A stretch of DNA of 64,000 nucleotides from Diplonema japonicum. Its lineage: Eukaryota > Protista > Euglenozoa: Diplonemea. Within the stretch, counting starts at the first letter, position 1. Each line of letters opens with the position of its first letter. A model generated the notes under the pieces. It was not told where the DNA came from. It did not search any database and saw nothing but the letters and a program-made list of their open reading frames with translations. Below are positions 1 to 11,338 of this stretch, in pieces. A program made the translations under genes and the position numbers. The stretch is taken from assembly GCA_964019335.1 (NCBI GenBank), contig OZ025658.1:372001-436000 (forward strand), read 5' to 3'.

Positions 1-888
1 CTGTCGCCTGGATAGTGTATCTCATCGACGCCTTTCACAGCGGCTTTCCGCTTGGGGACTACCTCGGGTTCCAAGCCGAGGGCGGAGGACAGTTTGTTGA
101 TTTGTCGTGACTGTCTTGCGATGGTCTCAGCGTGTTCTTCCTTTTTGGTGGAGTATTTCTCAACCTCCTTCTCGAGGTCCTCCTTTCTCTGTTTCAGTTT
201 CTGAATGTGTTCCTCGTACTGTCGTATTCTGGTTTGTCTTGCGGCGGTCGTGCCGTTTTTTTCCTCTTGTCGTTCCTCAAGATACGCTTCCCAAGAGTCT
301 TCAAGGCCTTCAACGTGAGCTCGGAAGGTGTCCTTTGCCTCTCGGAGCTTCTTTGTCTGCGATTGCATTTTTTGCTTGAGAATCAGGTTTGATTTTTGAA
401 GTTCAATTGATTTCAATTGAAGTTTTAACTGCATTTCTCGCAGCGTGGCTGTTAAAGGACGGACGGCTTCTGCAGCATGTTCGTACTCTGAAGTGATATC
501 CTCTGTGTCGAGCATCATGGGGGGTATCGAGTCCATTGCTGCCTTTCGTCTTCTGCACTCTTCTGCCATGACGCGGAGGNNNNNNNNNNNNNNNNNNNNN
601 NNNNNNNNNNNNNNNNNNNNNNNNNNNNNNNNNNNNNNNNNNNNNNNNNNNNNNNNNNNNNNNNNNNNNNNNNNNNNNNNNNNNNNNNNNNNNNNNNNNN
701 NNNNNNNNNNNNNNNNNNNNNNNNNNNNNNNNNNNNNNNNNNNNNNNNNNNNNNNNNNNNNNNNNNNNNNNNNNNNNNNCAACACTGACCCCTCGCTTCC
801 TTCTCGGCCTCATTCCATTCACATTACTGAGATTGCTCGCTGGGTGCACCGATCCAGGCGATCCTGGAGGGGTTGTCGTTCCTACCAT
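1..888 (-). CDS. Coiled-coil hypothetical protein, partial (runs off window start, interrupted by N gap)
   Basis: ATG at 888 (MVGTTTPPG...). After the gap, a minus frame is open from 578 to position 1 (LRVMAEECRRRK...IQKLKQRKEDLEKEVEKY...) with heptad-like E/K/Q/R content. Confidence 0.6.
580..779. other. Assembly gap (200 N)
   Basis: Run of N characters. Confidence 1.
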
Positions 889-1101
889 TTTCCCCTGTTT
901 CTTTTTTTTGTTTCCGTCAAGTGCAAAAAAATATATATATAAAATATAAAAAAGATTTACCGGATGGGGCAGTGTAAACTACACGCGAAAAAAAAGGGGT
1001 AAAAAAAAGAAAATGAGGGGATGGAGAGAAAGATAAAGGAAGTGTGTAAATGAATGAGAAAGAGAGTAAGGAGGAAAAAAAAATCACTACTAGGGGGTGC
1101 T

Positions 1102-1204
1102 TCACACTACTTTATCAGCCGGTTCCTCAAATTCTGCTGCGATGGGCTCACCTTTCATCGTCTCCCCTGCATCGTGGATGGTCACAGGAATGAACTCCGG
1201 CTAT

Positions 1205-1262
<58 letters not shown>

Positions 1263-1382
1263 CCCTTCTTCTTTCTCCCCTACCTCCTCTTCACCCCGCT
1301 TCATGTAACGCAAGCACGCTATCACCACTACTAATGGTGCTGCAAGACAAAAGCAAAGAATCGCTATGTGGTAGTCCCTCAT
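1102..1382 (-). CDS. Small single-pass membrane protein, 65 aa, 2 exons (intron 1201-1283)
   Basis: MRDYHIAILCFCLAAPLVVVIACLRYMKRGEEE|PEFIPVTIHDAGETMKGEPIAAEFEEPADKVV*. The intron is GTAGGG...poly(A)...CCTATAG, and removing it restores the frame. Confidence 0.65.
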
Positions 1383-1639
1383 GGTTTTTTTTCTTTCTTT
1401 TTTTCTTCCCTTTTTTTTGCTACTTTCCCCTATATAAAGGTGCAAGGGTGTCGTATTAAAAATAAAAATAACATCAAAAAAAAAGAAGGAAAAAAAAAAC
1501 CTCACCCGGCAGTGTAATAATCCAAAGGGCGCAAAAAAAAAAAAAAAAAGAGGGGGTAGCAAAAACGGAGGGGGGTTTTTTAAATGTTTTTTTTTTTAAA
1601 AAGAAATTCCGCCCGGGAAAAAAAAAACTATTCTTTTAA

Positions 1640-2395
1640 GGTATGCGTTTTTGCGCTCACCGGCCGAGCTGCGCTTAGTCCCCGTTGTCCCCGTTCTGGG
1701 GGCACTGGCGGGTTCCTACTGCGGTGGTCAAACTGCGGGGCAGCCTTGTCGGTGTCTGCGACAGGTACCTGTCCCGCAAGCCTTCGATGCTACTCATGGT
1801 CCGTTCCAGGAGTACTGGCCTCCTGTCATACCCGTGTGTGGTCGGTCCTCCGAGCAGCGTAGGGAGTAGACGCGCTCCACTCGCGCCGCTGGGAACGCTA
1901 CCCCTCTGCCATCAGCGTGGTACAGGTCCTGGACTCGTCTCAGCACATACCGTAGCCTCCTTGCCTTGACGCCCAGGTCCTCCACCTTGCCCACTTCCCC
2001 GCCGTCGTCCAGCGGCAGCTCCATCTCCCTCTCGAAGTCGAGGGCCAGCTCTAACGTCGTCACCGCCGTGTGCCGACCAGGCGCGTCATCCCACAGCAGG
2101 CCTCCCACCACCTCAGCACCGGCCCCAGCAGCTTGTCCATCACTGTTCCTGACGCTCCCAGCCTTCGTAGCTCAGACACCGTCGGCGTCGGGTGCGCCGT
2201 CCCCGTCACGACCGCCCGCCACGGGTAAGCTTGTGTCTGCAGTGCGCGGTTCGCATCCACCGCTGCATCCCTCCGCGTGAGTACCTCCAGCAGGTACTTC
2301 TGCACCAGTAAGGCCCTTGGCTTGTCTTGAGGAGGAGGTCGCTCCCACCGCACTGGACGTCGATGATAGTGTTTGTGTTGATGTTGCCATAGTGT
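1640..2395 (-). mobile_element. 5'-truncated non-LTR retrotransposon fragment (C-terminal domain only), related to the LINE at 29626-36301
   Basis: VQKYLLEVLTRRD...AYPW and LLWDDAPGRHTAVTTLELALDFE...VKARRL align with TQYYLLEVVAKRD...THPW and LKWYDGPRKTTVTTMELVLDFE...KKARSF of the large LINE. GC-rich island, frameshifted. Candidate 9-bp TSD ttcttttaa at 1631-1639 and 2396-2404. Confidence 0.8.
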
Positions 2396-2447
2396 TTCTT
2401 TTAACCCAAATTCAGAACCCCTGAAAAAAAAAAAAAAAACTCCAAAT

Positions 2448-2890
2448 TCACGGTACGTCTGTTTCACTTAGAATCTCACATCTGCCTGTGCCCTTCATGG
2501 TGGCGAGGACTATGGTGGCATGGATTTTCACCAAGGTACCGTTTAGCCTGTTTTTTTTTTTTTTTTTCCCCTTTTTTTTTTTTTTTTTTTTTCCTTTTTT
2601 TTTTCCTCTTATTTTTTTCTTCCCTCGCACCTGAAAGGTTCTCCCACAAAACTGAACGTCCCCGCCGCATCATCGAACTTTGCATTTTCTTTCTTGATGG
2701 TTGAATTCAAGGACGTCTCTCCCTTCTTCCCAGGCCTCGGGGGAAAGTTCACAAAACAGTGATGAACATCAGCACCTCCAGTGCTGACATGGCGTCTGAG
2801 ATCTTCTGCGTCAGGGTTCCCCTCCGAGTCTAGGTACGGAGCACGGATCTCCGTTTCACGAGAAAGGCGCACCGCAAGTTCATCAGGCAT
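2448..2890 (-). CDS. Hypothetical protein, 119 aa, 2 exons (intron 2548-2630)
   Basis: MPDELAV...GEPFR joins to LNGTLVKIHATIVL...TDVP* across a GTGCGA...poly(A)...AAACAG intron. Confidence 0.7.
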
Positions 2891-3107
2891 TCTTTTTCTT
2901 TTTCTTTTTCTTTTTGTAACCTGAGGCGGGTTGACAACAAATAATAAAAGAAAAAGCTATAAATAGGATTTTTTTTTTTTTGTTTTTGCAAGAACGAGTC
3001 TTTTGACTCGTCTAAACAAAAAGGGGAAAGTTGGTAACATTGTTTCGGGTTTTACAAACTTGTTCTCCATACAAATAACGGTCAGTTCTTCTCTCGTTTC
3101 ATTTCCC

Positions 3108-5273
3108 TCAAACGTCAAGTAGTAACCCCACAGCCCTTCCTCTGTTTAAAGGCACTTTTTCCATCACCGATTGGAATTCTCTCCATTTCACCACGAACTC
3201 CCCGCCCCCTTCCCCCTCCGCTTCTTTCTCAGCCTCCCTGTACTGTTTCTCACCAATGTCCGCCCCTCCGAGCTTGCCGATATAACTCCCCAATGCAAGC
3301 CTCAAAAGCGTAGGCGGCCGCTTCGTCTCGTGCAAACACGTTGCACAGACCACGGCCAAAGGTGACAGTGCATTAGGAAAGAACGGAAGCGACAAGATAG
3401 ATGAGGTCGACCTAGGGTAATAGAAACAATTTTGCAACGTTGGAATGAACACAGGCCGCACAACAGAGGAATAGTCAAGCCCGGGCAACAGGTCAATACA
3501 AAGGGAAAGCCCCGCGTCGTCCCCTTCAAAAACGGGGAGAACAGATAATGCAGCAGGAATGGCCGTTTTAAGAGCAACAAGACACCCTGCACATTCCTTG
3601 TTCCCGTTTTGGAAACCGGTTTCGACTAACCGCATAAGGTCACCATGCTTGACCCAAGACATCACCCTGGCAAACTCATCGAGGATCGCATCATTTTCCA
3701 TGTTCGCTGCCACTAGGCTGCCTATCCAGGTTTCATTTTGCATTACTAACTCTACGTTCCTTGACGCAGACAGATATTTCAAACCTGTTAATGGGTATTT
3801 TCTCACCTCGATGAAGCTTATTTCCATCTCGTACATAGTCCTCGCGATTTTTTCGACGAAAGGTTCCGGCAGCGCGGGTTCGTTGTAGTTGGATCGCAAG
3901 ACCCCTTGGAGCCCTGTTATGACAATCGGTTTGTTTTCGGGGTTTTCCTCTAGCCGCATTGGTCTTGCTGCGATCGACAGAACCTGGACCAAAGCGGGTA
4001 AACTTTTTTCGCCATTCATCAATATCCGGACCCAGAAGCTTAGATCCTGCACAACACAAACCGCAGCCAGCATTTCGACACAGTGAAATACGTATGAGGA
4101 CGGCCTGGGTGATTCGAGCTGTTCCTTGCAGATTTTCAATAATCCTTGCATGGTAGCTGGTAGTGGCAGGGCCCATCTCTCCCTGCGAGAGATGAACGTC
4201 GATGTCAGTAAGAAGATCCCATCGACTGGTGTTGGTGTTGAGGAGCTGACCCGGACTACCGACGCCAAGCAGGTCTCAACACCCAACATCTTTGTAAGGT
4301 CGAGCATGACAGTGGAACAAGCGTCAAGTAGGCTCGACGAAAAATCTGGATCGTGATGAGAAGCCACGAGGGACCCCATTAGGAATCCTGTTATGCGGTC
4401 CAGTTCTGTTTTCAAAAAGTTCTTTGCGATGAAACATTCGCAGACCACCTCTGCAAGGCTTTCAGCCACCGAAGATATTATTTCCAAATCTGTGAAGTCT
4501 CGGCTGCTTGTCATAGTGATGAGGACTGTTTCACCGCACGCTTTCAAGACACCGTCTGAGTGTTCCAGCATATCAGGGAGGAAGCACCGCGCAATTTCCG
4601 CCAGAATACCCACACAGCTGTTGGTTTTGAATATAGAGTGGCTTAAGACGGTCGGGATACTTCGCAGATCTAACATGTTGACAACAGATTCATTGAACGG
4701 ACAGTCGCAAACTCCAAGCGACTCTGTAAGCAGGCCTGGGATCTGCGTTTTAAACCAGTTGCACTGATGTCCTGATTCTGTTTGCAGCTTCACCCATTTT
4801 GACAGTGTGAGCCAGTCGCCTAAGAGCAGCGGTAAGAGCGATCGGTAGAACGCGTCTGAAGAGAGTATCTGGTAAATGTTGTTTTTCGTATCCGTCGATA
4901 TCCTGAGAACGGGGTCCGTGACAATGCTGGGCAGTTCGATGACTATCTCCTTTTGGATTGGGACGGGAAAGCTTCCGAGTTTTTCCAATGCCGAATCGGC
5001 ATTGATCACTATGTAGCATGCAAGAACAGGCCCCCTGAACCCTTCAGGCAAACCGACACCCTCCGGGCCCACGCACCCTGGTCTTCTCATTGCAGCTCTC
5101 TTAATCAATACAGACGCTGCCCTGTGCAGAGTGTCTGTTGGGTCCACACCTATCTTCACTAGCTCTCGAAGGCCGTGCATATCATGAAGAGCACGCCGCA
5201 AATACAAATCTGCGCCCCCCACGTCACCCGCACCGGTGGAGATGGTTTGCAACGCTTCTCTCAGTTGCTCCAT
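3108..5273 (-). CDS. Alpha-helical (ARM/HEAT-like) protein, 721 aa, intronless
   Basis: Long Leu-rich ORF from the ATG at 5273 (MEQLREALQTIS). The N-terminus loosely resembles karyopherin-type HEAT proteins; the family assignment is weak. Confidence 0.7.
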   Translation of the reverse strand: MEQLREALQTISTGAGDVGGADLYLRRALHDMHGLRELVKIGVDPTDTLHRAASVLIKRAAMRRPGCVGPEGVGLPEGFRGPVLACYIVINADSALEKLGSFPVPIQKEIVIELPSIVTDPVLRISTDTKNNIYQILSSDAFYRSLLPLLLGDWLTLSKWVKLQTESGHQCNWFKTQIPGLLTESLGVCDCPFNESVVNMLDLRSIPTVLSHSIFKTNSCVGILAEIARCFLPDMLEHSDGVLKACGETVLITMTSSRDFTDLEIISSVAESLAEVVCECFIAKNFLKTELDRITGFLMGSLVASHHDPDFSSSLLDACSTVMLDLTKMLGVETCLASVVRVSSSTPTPVDGIFLLTSTFISRRERWALPLPATMQGLLKICKEQLESPRPSSYVFHCVEMLAAVCVVQDLSFWVRILMNGEKSLPALVQVLSIAARPMRLEENPENKPIVITGLQGVLRSNYNEPALPEPFVEKIARTMYEMEISFIEVRKYPLTGLKYLSASRNVELVMQNETWIGSLVAANMENDAILDEFARVMSWVKHGDLMRLVETGFQNGNKECAGCLVALKTAIPAALSVLPVFEGDDAGLSLCIDLLPGLDYSSVVRPVFIPTLQNCFYYPRSTSSILSLPFFPNALSPLAVVCATCLHETKRPPTLLRLALGSYIGKLGGADIGEKQYREAEKEAEGEGGGEFVVKWREFQSVMEKVPLNRGRAVGLLLDV

Positions 5274-5459
5274 TTTTTTCCCTCTTTTTTTTCTCTCCCT
5301 GCGGTGTGTCGTTATATATGGAAAGGGGGAAATTTTTGCACTTTTTTTTTTAAATCTGTGTTTATATTTGCGGTAGGGGGAATGGGGGGGGGGGGGGGTG
5401 GGAGAAAACAAAAAAAATTGTTCCTGCCAGTTTACGGACGGTTACCCCTCTTTTTTTTT

Positions 5460-6123
5460 TTTTATTTCACTCTTCAGAAATTACTTCACGCACTGGGGGG
5501 CCCATTACTTCACGCTAAATCTCATTACTTCACGGTGAAATAATGGCCTGTTTTCCGTGAAGTAATAGGGGGTTTCCGTTAATAATATGCCTCGGTAGGC
5601 CAATTTTTGCCTCGGTTCGGTTCCCAGTGGGGCTACTTTTTCCTCTCAGTTTGCTAATTTCCCCCCAGGTTCAGCTCAATTGGCCAACTTTTGCCTCGGC
5701 TACTTTTTCCTCCCAATTTGCCCACTTTTGGCTAGGCCTTGTTCCCAGTTTCTGGGGGTAACTCTTCTGTGGGTAAGGGTAACTTAGTCAGCTTACCCAA
5801 GCTCCCCAAAAGACTTCAAAATACCGAAGCAGCAGAAAAAAAGGAGCCAGCGGCCGCGCCAGGTATGGGAAGGCCTGATTAGAGATGGTGACAGTGGCAA
5901 TGCCAGCAACAGCGGCAGCTCTTAGTCAACAAAAGGAGGGAAAACAACTTGTATTGTAACCTTTGTAACCCCTCTCTTGTTGTACCCCTTGTCACCCTGT
6001 TGTGCCCCTCGTGGTGAAGTAATTTCTGAGTGTCGTGAAATAAAACCACTTACCTACCGCCAAGTAATGCTTTACCGACCTCTCGAGGTAACGGTAAAGT
6101 CATTACTTGTTGGCAGTAAATAG
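5460..6123. mobile_element. Putative non-autonomous DNA element with asymmetric inverted repeats and a terminal hairpin
   Basis: Imperfect ~30-bp IR: 5460-5489 (ttttatttcac..tcagaaattacttcac) versus 6014-6045. Motif attacttcacg occurs three times plus an inverted copy near 5556. Hairpin 6061-6109 (caagtaatg/cattacttg, ctttaccg/cggtaaag, acctc/gaggt). Confidence 0.6.
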
Positions 6124-6358
6124 CTATTATCCTTCTTCCCCTTGGTTTCTTTCAAAAGAAAATTCGCTTTGTTTACCTCTCCTCCCCCTTCACAGATCGT
6201 GGTTGTTTTGTTGTTGTTTTTTTTTTTCTCTTTGTTTTGCGTTGTCCTTTTTTTTTCTCTCATAAGGGATAGTTTATATTTAAAAAAAAAAGAAGAAGAA
6301 AGGCCGTCTCTCTATCTTTTTTTTTTTCCTCCCTTATTTCGTGTGTTGCCGGTTCATA

Positions 6359-6380
6359 TCACAGCATTTTAGGTGCCTGA

Positions 6381-6412
<32 letters not shown>

Positions 6413-6636
6413 AATTTCCCCCCCATCCTTACCTCGTGGTCCACCTCTTCAGCCCACTCACACAAAACGCCTAAAACTTTTTCAGCAGGGCACGTGTGTG
6501 TGACGGTAACCTTTTGTGAATCGAGGTCACAATCGATGTTTTGAACTTCCTTCCCGAGTTCGTCTGTAAGAGCATCCTTCACCCCACCTACACAGTTCCC
6601 GCAAGTCATCATCACTTTGAATACGGTAGTAGTCAT
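6359..6636 (-). CDS. ATX1: Copper chaperone, HMA domain (intron 6377-6432)
   Basis: MTTTVFKVMMTCGNCV carries the MxCxxC motif, plus DLDSQKVTV. Splicing gives the C-terminus ...DHE|APKML*. Confidence 0.85.
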
Positions 6637-8397
6637 GTTGCTTTCTTCTTAAGAGTCTTACTGTAAATTACTTTGATGTTTTTTGAAGGCCGGGGGGGGG
6701 GGGGGGGGGAATAAGAAAAAAAATAATAGAAAATCGACCTTTTTCTTTCAGTTTTTTACGGTGTGTCACCATAAAGAGAAAGGAGGGGAGGGGGAAGGGA
6801 AAAAAAAGGAACTTAAACGGAAGAGAAAAAAAAAGAAAAGGTGGGGGGGGGGGTAACGTTTGCAGCAAAGAAAGGAGGGTAGAGAGAGAGAGAAGTAACA
6901 GAGGGGGGGCAAAAAATATTAATGGTCAAAAACCCACCACACAAATAGAAAGGGGAGGTAAAAGGAGGGGCAAAAAAAAGGGGGGGGGAAGGGGGATCTA
7001 CCGCCCTTCCTACAAGGAATAGAACAAGAAAAGAAATGAAATTAAAGATGAGAGAGACGTGGTAGCGACATCAGAAAGAAAAAAAAGGGGGGGATCTGTA
7101 TTTGGTCCCTGTTTTTCTTTTTTTCCCCCCTTCTTTTTCTCTTTTTTTTGTTCTCTCTTTTTTTTTTTTTGTTCCCCTACGTGTGACCCATGTATTTTCG
7201 AGAGATTTCATGATAATTTTTTTGCACAAAACATTAGTTACCACAGTTAACATAACATGACTGTGCGAGGGAAAAATAATAAATGGATGAAAAAAAAAAT
7301 AAAAAAAAGGGCCCCGAAAAATCTTTTTCGGGGTAAATGTGAAAACGTGTAAATTATGTAAAAAAAAAAAAAAAAAAAGGAAAAAGTTTTTTTTTCATCC
7401 CTTCTCTTTTTGCTAAAAAGAAAAAGTATGCCATTGTTTTTCCTTTTTTTTTCTTTTTTTTTTTCCTCAAACTGAAACTTGCCGTTTTTGGTTTTATTTT
7501 ATTTTTCCCGCTCGGACAAAGACACCTCGTAAAGCACACTTCTCCGGCACAAAGTAGCATAGTTATCAGCAACATTTTTTCCTTTTACCCCCCCCCCACT
7601 TTTTTTCCGAAAAAAAAAAGATTGAAAGAAAAAGAACGGGGGAAAAAAAAAAGAAAGTGAACTAGAAAAAAAAAAGAGAAAAGAAAAACTAAGAAATCCA
7701 AGGGTTCCTTCAACAGGTTCGATTTCTCTTCTTCTTCAAGCAGAAAAAAAAAAGAAAAAAGAACCTTGGTAAAAGTTTACCCTATTTTTTTCTTGTATTT
7801 TTTTTTTTTTTAAATTTCCCTCTTCTTTTTTCCCCCTCTTTTTCTTATTCTTTCTTTTTTTCTCTTTTCTTTCATTGTGTAATGTATCACCCCCCCCCCC
7901 CCCCCACCCTCAACATCAATAAAAACTGTGTTCTTTTTTTTAAAGGGAAGGAAAGGCATTTTTTCACGAGGATGCTAAGAATCTAAAACGGAATCAAAAA
8001 AAAGGGGGGGGTTCTCCCTCCCCCCATTGGGTTCAGGGGGAGGTGCCACTGTGAGTAGCGAAGAAGCGAGAATATGGGGGAAAGAAATAATAGCACGAAT
8101 AGAAAACAACAACAAAAAATTAAAGGAAAGGCAGTAAAAGCCCGTGAATTTTAGTTTTTTTTCCCCCCTCTTTTTTTTTTTCCTCGTTCTGATTTTTTTT
8201 TTCTTCTTCTTTTTTTTAAAAAAAAAAAAAACACATTCCCCTATATTCCTTGCTTTCACAAGAAACAGGCCAGAATTCGGACGGACTTTTGAACCAAGAA
8301 GACAAAAAAGGCTTTTTTTTTTCCCCCTCCCTCCCTTTTATTTTCTCTTTTTTTTTTTTAAAAAAGATGTGGGCAGGAGATGAAACAAACCAGCGTG

Positions 8398-8428
<31 letters not shown>

Positions 8429-8436
8429 GGGAGATG

Positions 8437-8480
<44 letters not shown>

Positions 8481-9113
8481 AGAGAATGTACATTTGCCAC
8501 TAAGAATAGCATTCGTGAAAGGGCAGAAGTGCACAGGTCCCCTTTCAGGACTTTGCTCCTGCCCCCTCTTTAAAAAAAAAAATGATTGAGGTAGAGACAA
8601 ATTCAAGTTTACGTTTTCTTTATGAACATCCTTTCTGTTTGCTGCTACAAGAAAAATGGAACGTTTTTTTTTTTGTTTAAAACAAGTCGGGGGGGAGGAA
8701 AAACAGCCCAATAGTTATCACAATCTCCTTTCTTCTTCTTCTTTTTTTTCTTTCCAATAAAAAAAAAAAGTAAATCTCTCCTTTTTCAATTATTTTTCTT
8801 TCCCTTCATGTGTATAGATAAAGAGAAACAAAAAAGGGGAGAGAGAGAGGGTAAAAAAAAAAAAAAAAAAGAAATCCCTCTGTGTGTTTTTTTTTTTTTC
8901 TTCTTCTTCTTCCTTTTCTTTCTTTAGTTCTATTTCTACGCACGTTTTCATTAGGTTTCGTTCTTCTTTTTTTCTCCTTTTTTTTTTCCCGTTAACGAAA
9001 TAGTGGTTCGGCAAAAAAAAAAAGTCACTATTGATAGAAAACGAAGTAGTTAGCAACAGCCCACCACAAAAAAAAAAGTAGATCTTTAGCATAGGCATTG
9101 GAAGAGGAAAAGC

Positions 9114-11174
9114 TTACGAGTTAATCCAGTACAGGAGTTCACGCGTAGCCCGTCCTCGCTTTGCCGCAGAAATGTGGATATTGTTGAAAAAGTCATCAGT
9201 GACACGTTGAGTGTCTACATCAGTGAAGCCCTTCAGATCTGACAAATCGTCAAGTTCACTGTTGATGAAGTCAGTGAAGTCCTTTGCGAAGGGTTCGAAG
9301 AACTCCAGGAAGGGGTACCTCTCCCTCTCGTCTGCCAACTCTTCCTCACCAGATTGCGGGAGGGGTGTTGACCTAGGCGAGCACCTCCCTGAAGTGGAGC
9401 TGGTGGCAGCACCGCCTTCAGGCGGCTCACCTGGGTTATCAAACATGATGAACTGAGTGTGCTGCTGGCGTTTCCCTACCTTATGTATCAGCCCAAAACA
9501 CTCCTGGCAGAACTGCAGCCTCTCCGCAGGGCACTCCGTGCACTTCACGCAGGCCAAGTATAGTTCGCACTCGCAGCACTTGGTGCCCGCCATCTCCATC
9601 ATAGCTTGCTCGATCGCCGCCTGCTTTGCCTTCTTTCTCCGCAGCCTCTCGCGCTGGTGCTTGTCCGGCTTATTCCTCTTCTTCTTCTTCCCCTCTGTCG
9701 GCTGTGTGGGGAATTCCGTGAGCGACTGCATCTCCTCATCAGTAGGCCCCGGCCACAGCTGCGACCTTGGCAACGCAGGGGGCTGCTGGCTGTAGCCCAA
9801 GAGATTCGCGGTGACTTGCCTTAAGACACCCTCTACTTGCGGTCCCTTCATGTCCAGATTCGTGGGCGACTGCGGTGGGATGGAGGAAGGGGCGTGCGGT
9901 GCTGCACCCGACGATGCCAAGGGGTGCTCCTCGTGCGAGCCAGGAGCTGGCCACTCCACGCTGTTGGAACGGGGGGAATACGAAGCGCTGGGGCCGTAGT
10001 TGTAGGCGGGCTCACCAGCAGCCCACCCGCTCAGCCCGCCGGGTGCCTTGGGGTAGACATGGCTGCCACCACCCATCGCCATCTGCTGGTGCAGTGTGTT
10101 GTACGGGTTGTGCTGGTACATCGACGAGTTCCCTGTCCCGGGCGTCGAGGACAGCGACATCAGTGACGGCACACCACAGCCGCTGCCGAGCCCCATCCCG
10201 CACCCACTGCCTAGCCCACTACCCAGCCCACCGCTGCCCATGTCACTGCCCCTCATTGACGACCGCTCGCTGGGCCCCCCAGACACCACGCTGAGCGCCA
10301 TCTGCCCCGACAACTTTGGCACGTTCACTTGGTACGTGAAGTTCAACAGACACGGTCGCTTCAGAGCGAAGGTGAGATCGTTAGCCAAAGAGCGCGTGTG
10401 GACTTCTGTGCCGGGCGAGTGCCTGCGTGGGTTGTTGCATTAAATACTCCTCTCCAAGCCATACCCGTTCACCCAGAGCTGGAGGATGTCTGTGCTCTGC
10501 TTGTACCCGTGGGCGTGCATGGCGCACCCGTTGATGCCGACCCCGTCAAGGGACTCTTTGATGACAGCCAGGGAGAAGTTCAGCCACAATGCCGGGCGTT
10601 CCTGTGAGTGGTAGGTGTCTTGCTGCACGTGGATACCTGTGAAGGGGACTTGGTGCACCACCGCCCGCCTTCGGCGTTGAAGTCGTCCTCTGCCATGGGC
10701 GTGATGCCCTTGCGGAAGAGGCGCAGGCTGCTCACAGACTCCAGTTCCTGCACAGGGATGTGGGACCAGATTCGCATGAAGGCCTCTACAGTGTCAAAGC
10801 AACCGAGCTCGAGGAGGTTGGACTCGTCCGTCAGGACGACATCCCTCTGGGGGCCGATGTAGTCGAAGGAGAGGACCCACTCTGTCGAGAGACGCTTGCC
10901 TCGGTTGATGGCAAAGAGCTGTGTGTGTGTGTGTGTGTGTGCCCTTGTCCGTTATCTCTTTTCATACATTGATAGATGACGTGAGCGAGTTGTGCATATT
11001 AGTAATGTCATCCTCGCACTTCAGCTCCTCAGGGTCCATCCTCGTAGTGAGGTTTGCGTACATCATCTGCAGCCTGGTGCCCTGCTCTAGCTTCATCCCA
11101 TCCTTCAGCACCACCGTCTGCCCATCCTGTTTGGCGAGGCCGCTGAATTTTTTGTCAACCCCGGTCGCAGGCAT
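9114..11174 (-). CDS. eIF4E-like domain + low-complexity linker + B-box zinc finger, 644 aa, 4 exons (introns 10919-10967, 10602-10636, 10423-10464)
   Basis: Spliced product contains LSTEWVLSFD...FDTVEAFMRIWSHI...LRLFRKGITPMAEDDFNAEGGRW...LWLNFSLAVIKE...INGC...DILQLWV (eIF4E fold motifs) and CCECELYLACVKCTEC...FCQECFGLIH...H (B-box). Confidence 0.8.
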
Positions 11175-11338
11175 CTTTTTTTTTTTTCCTCTTCTTCCCT
11201 CCCCTTCTTTCCTTTTTTTTTTTTTTTTTCCTTTTTGCACAACAAAATTAGTTACGTATTTTTTGTCGGATTTAAAAAAAAAAAAAAAAAAAAAAATCGA
11301 GAAGAATTGTTTTTCCTTTTCTTCCCTTTTCGTTGCCA

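Noticed and set aside
1201-2630. Introner-type mobile introns (two 83-nt poly(A) introns)
   Set aside because: No shared sequence beyond homopolymers, no TIRs, and homopolymer lengths are unreliable.
6668-9098. Poly-Phe/poly-Lys ORFs in intergenic regions
   Set aside because: Artefacts of homopolymer runs.
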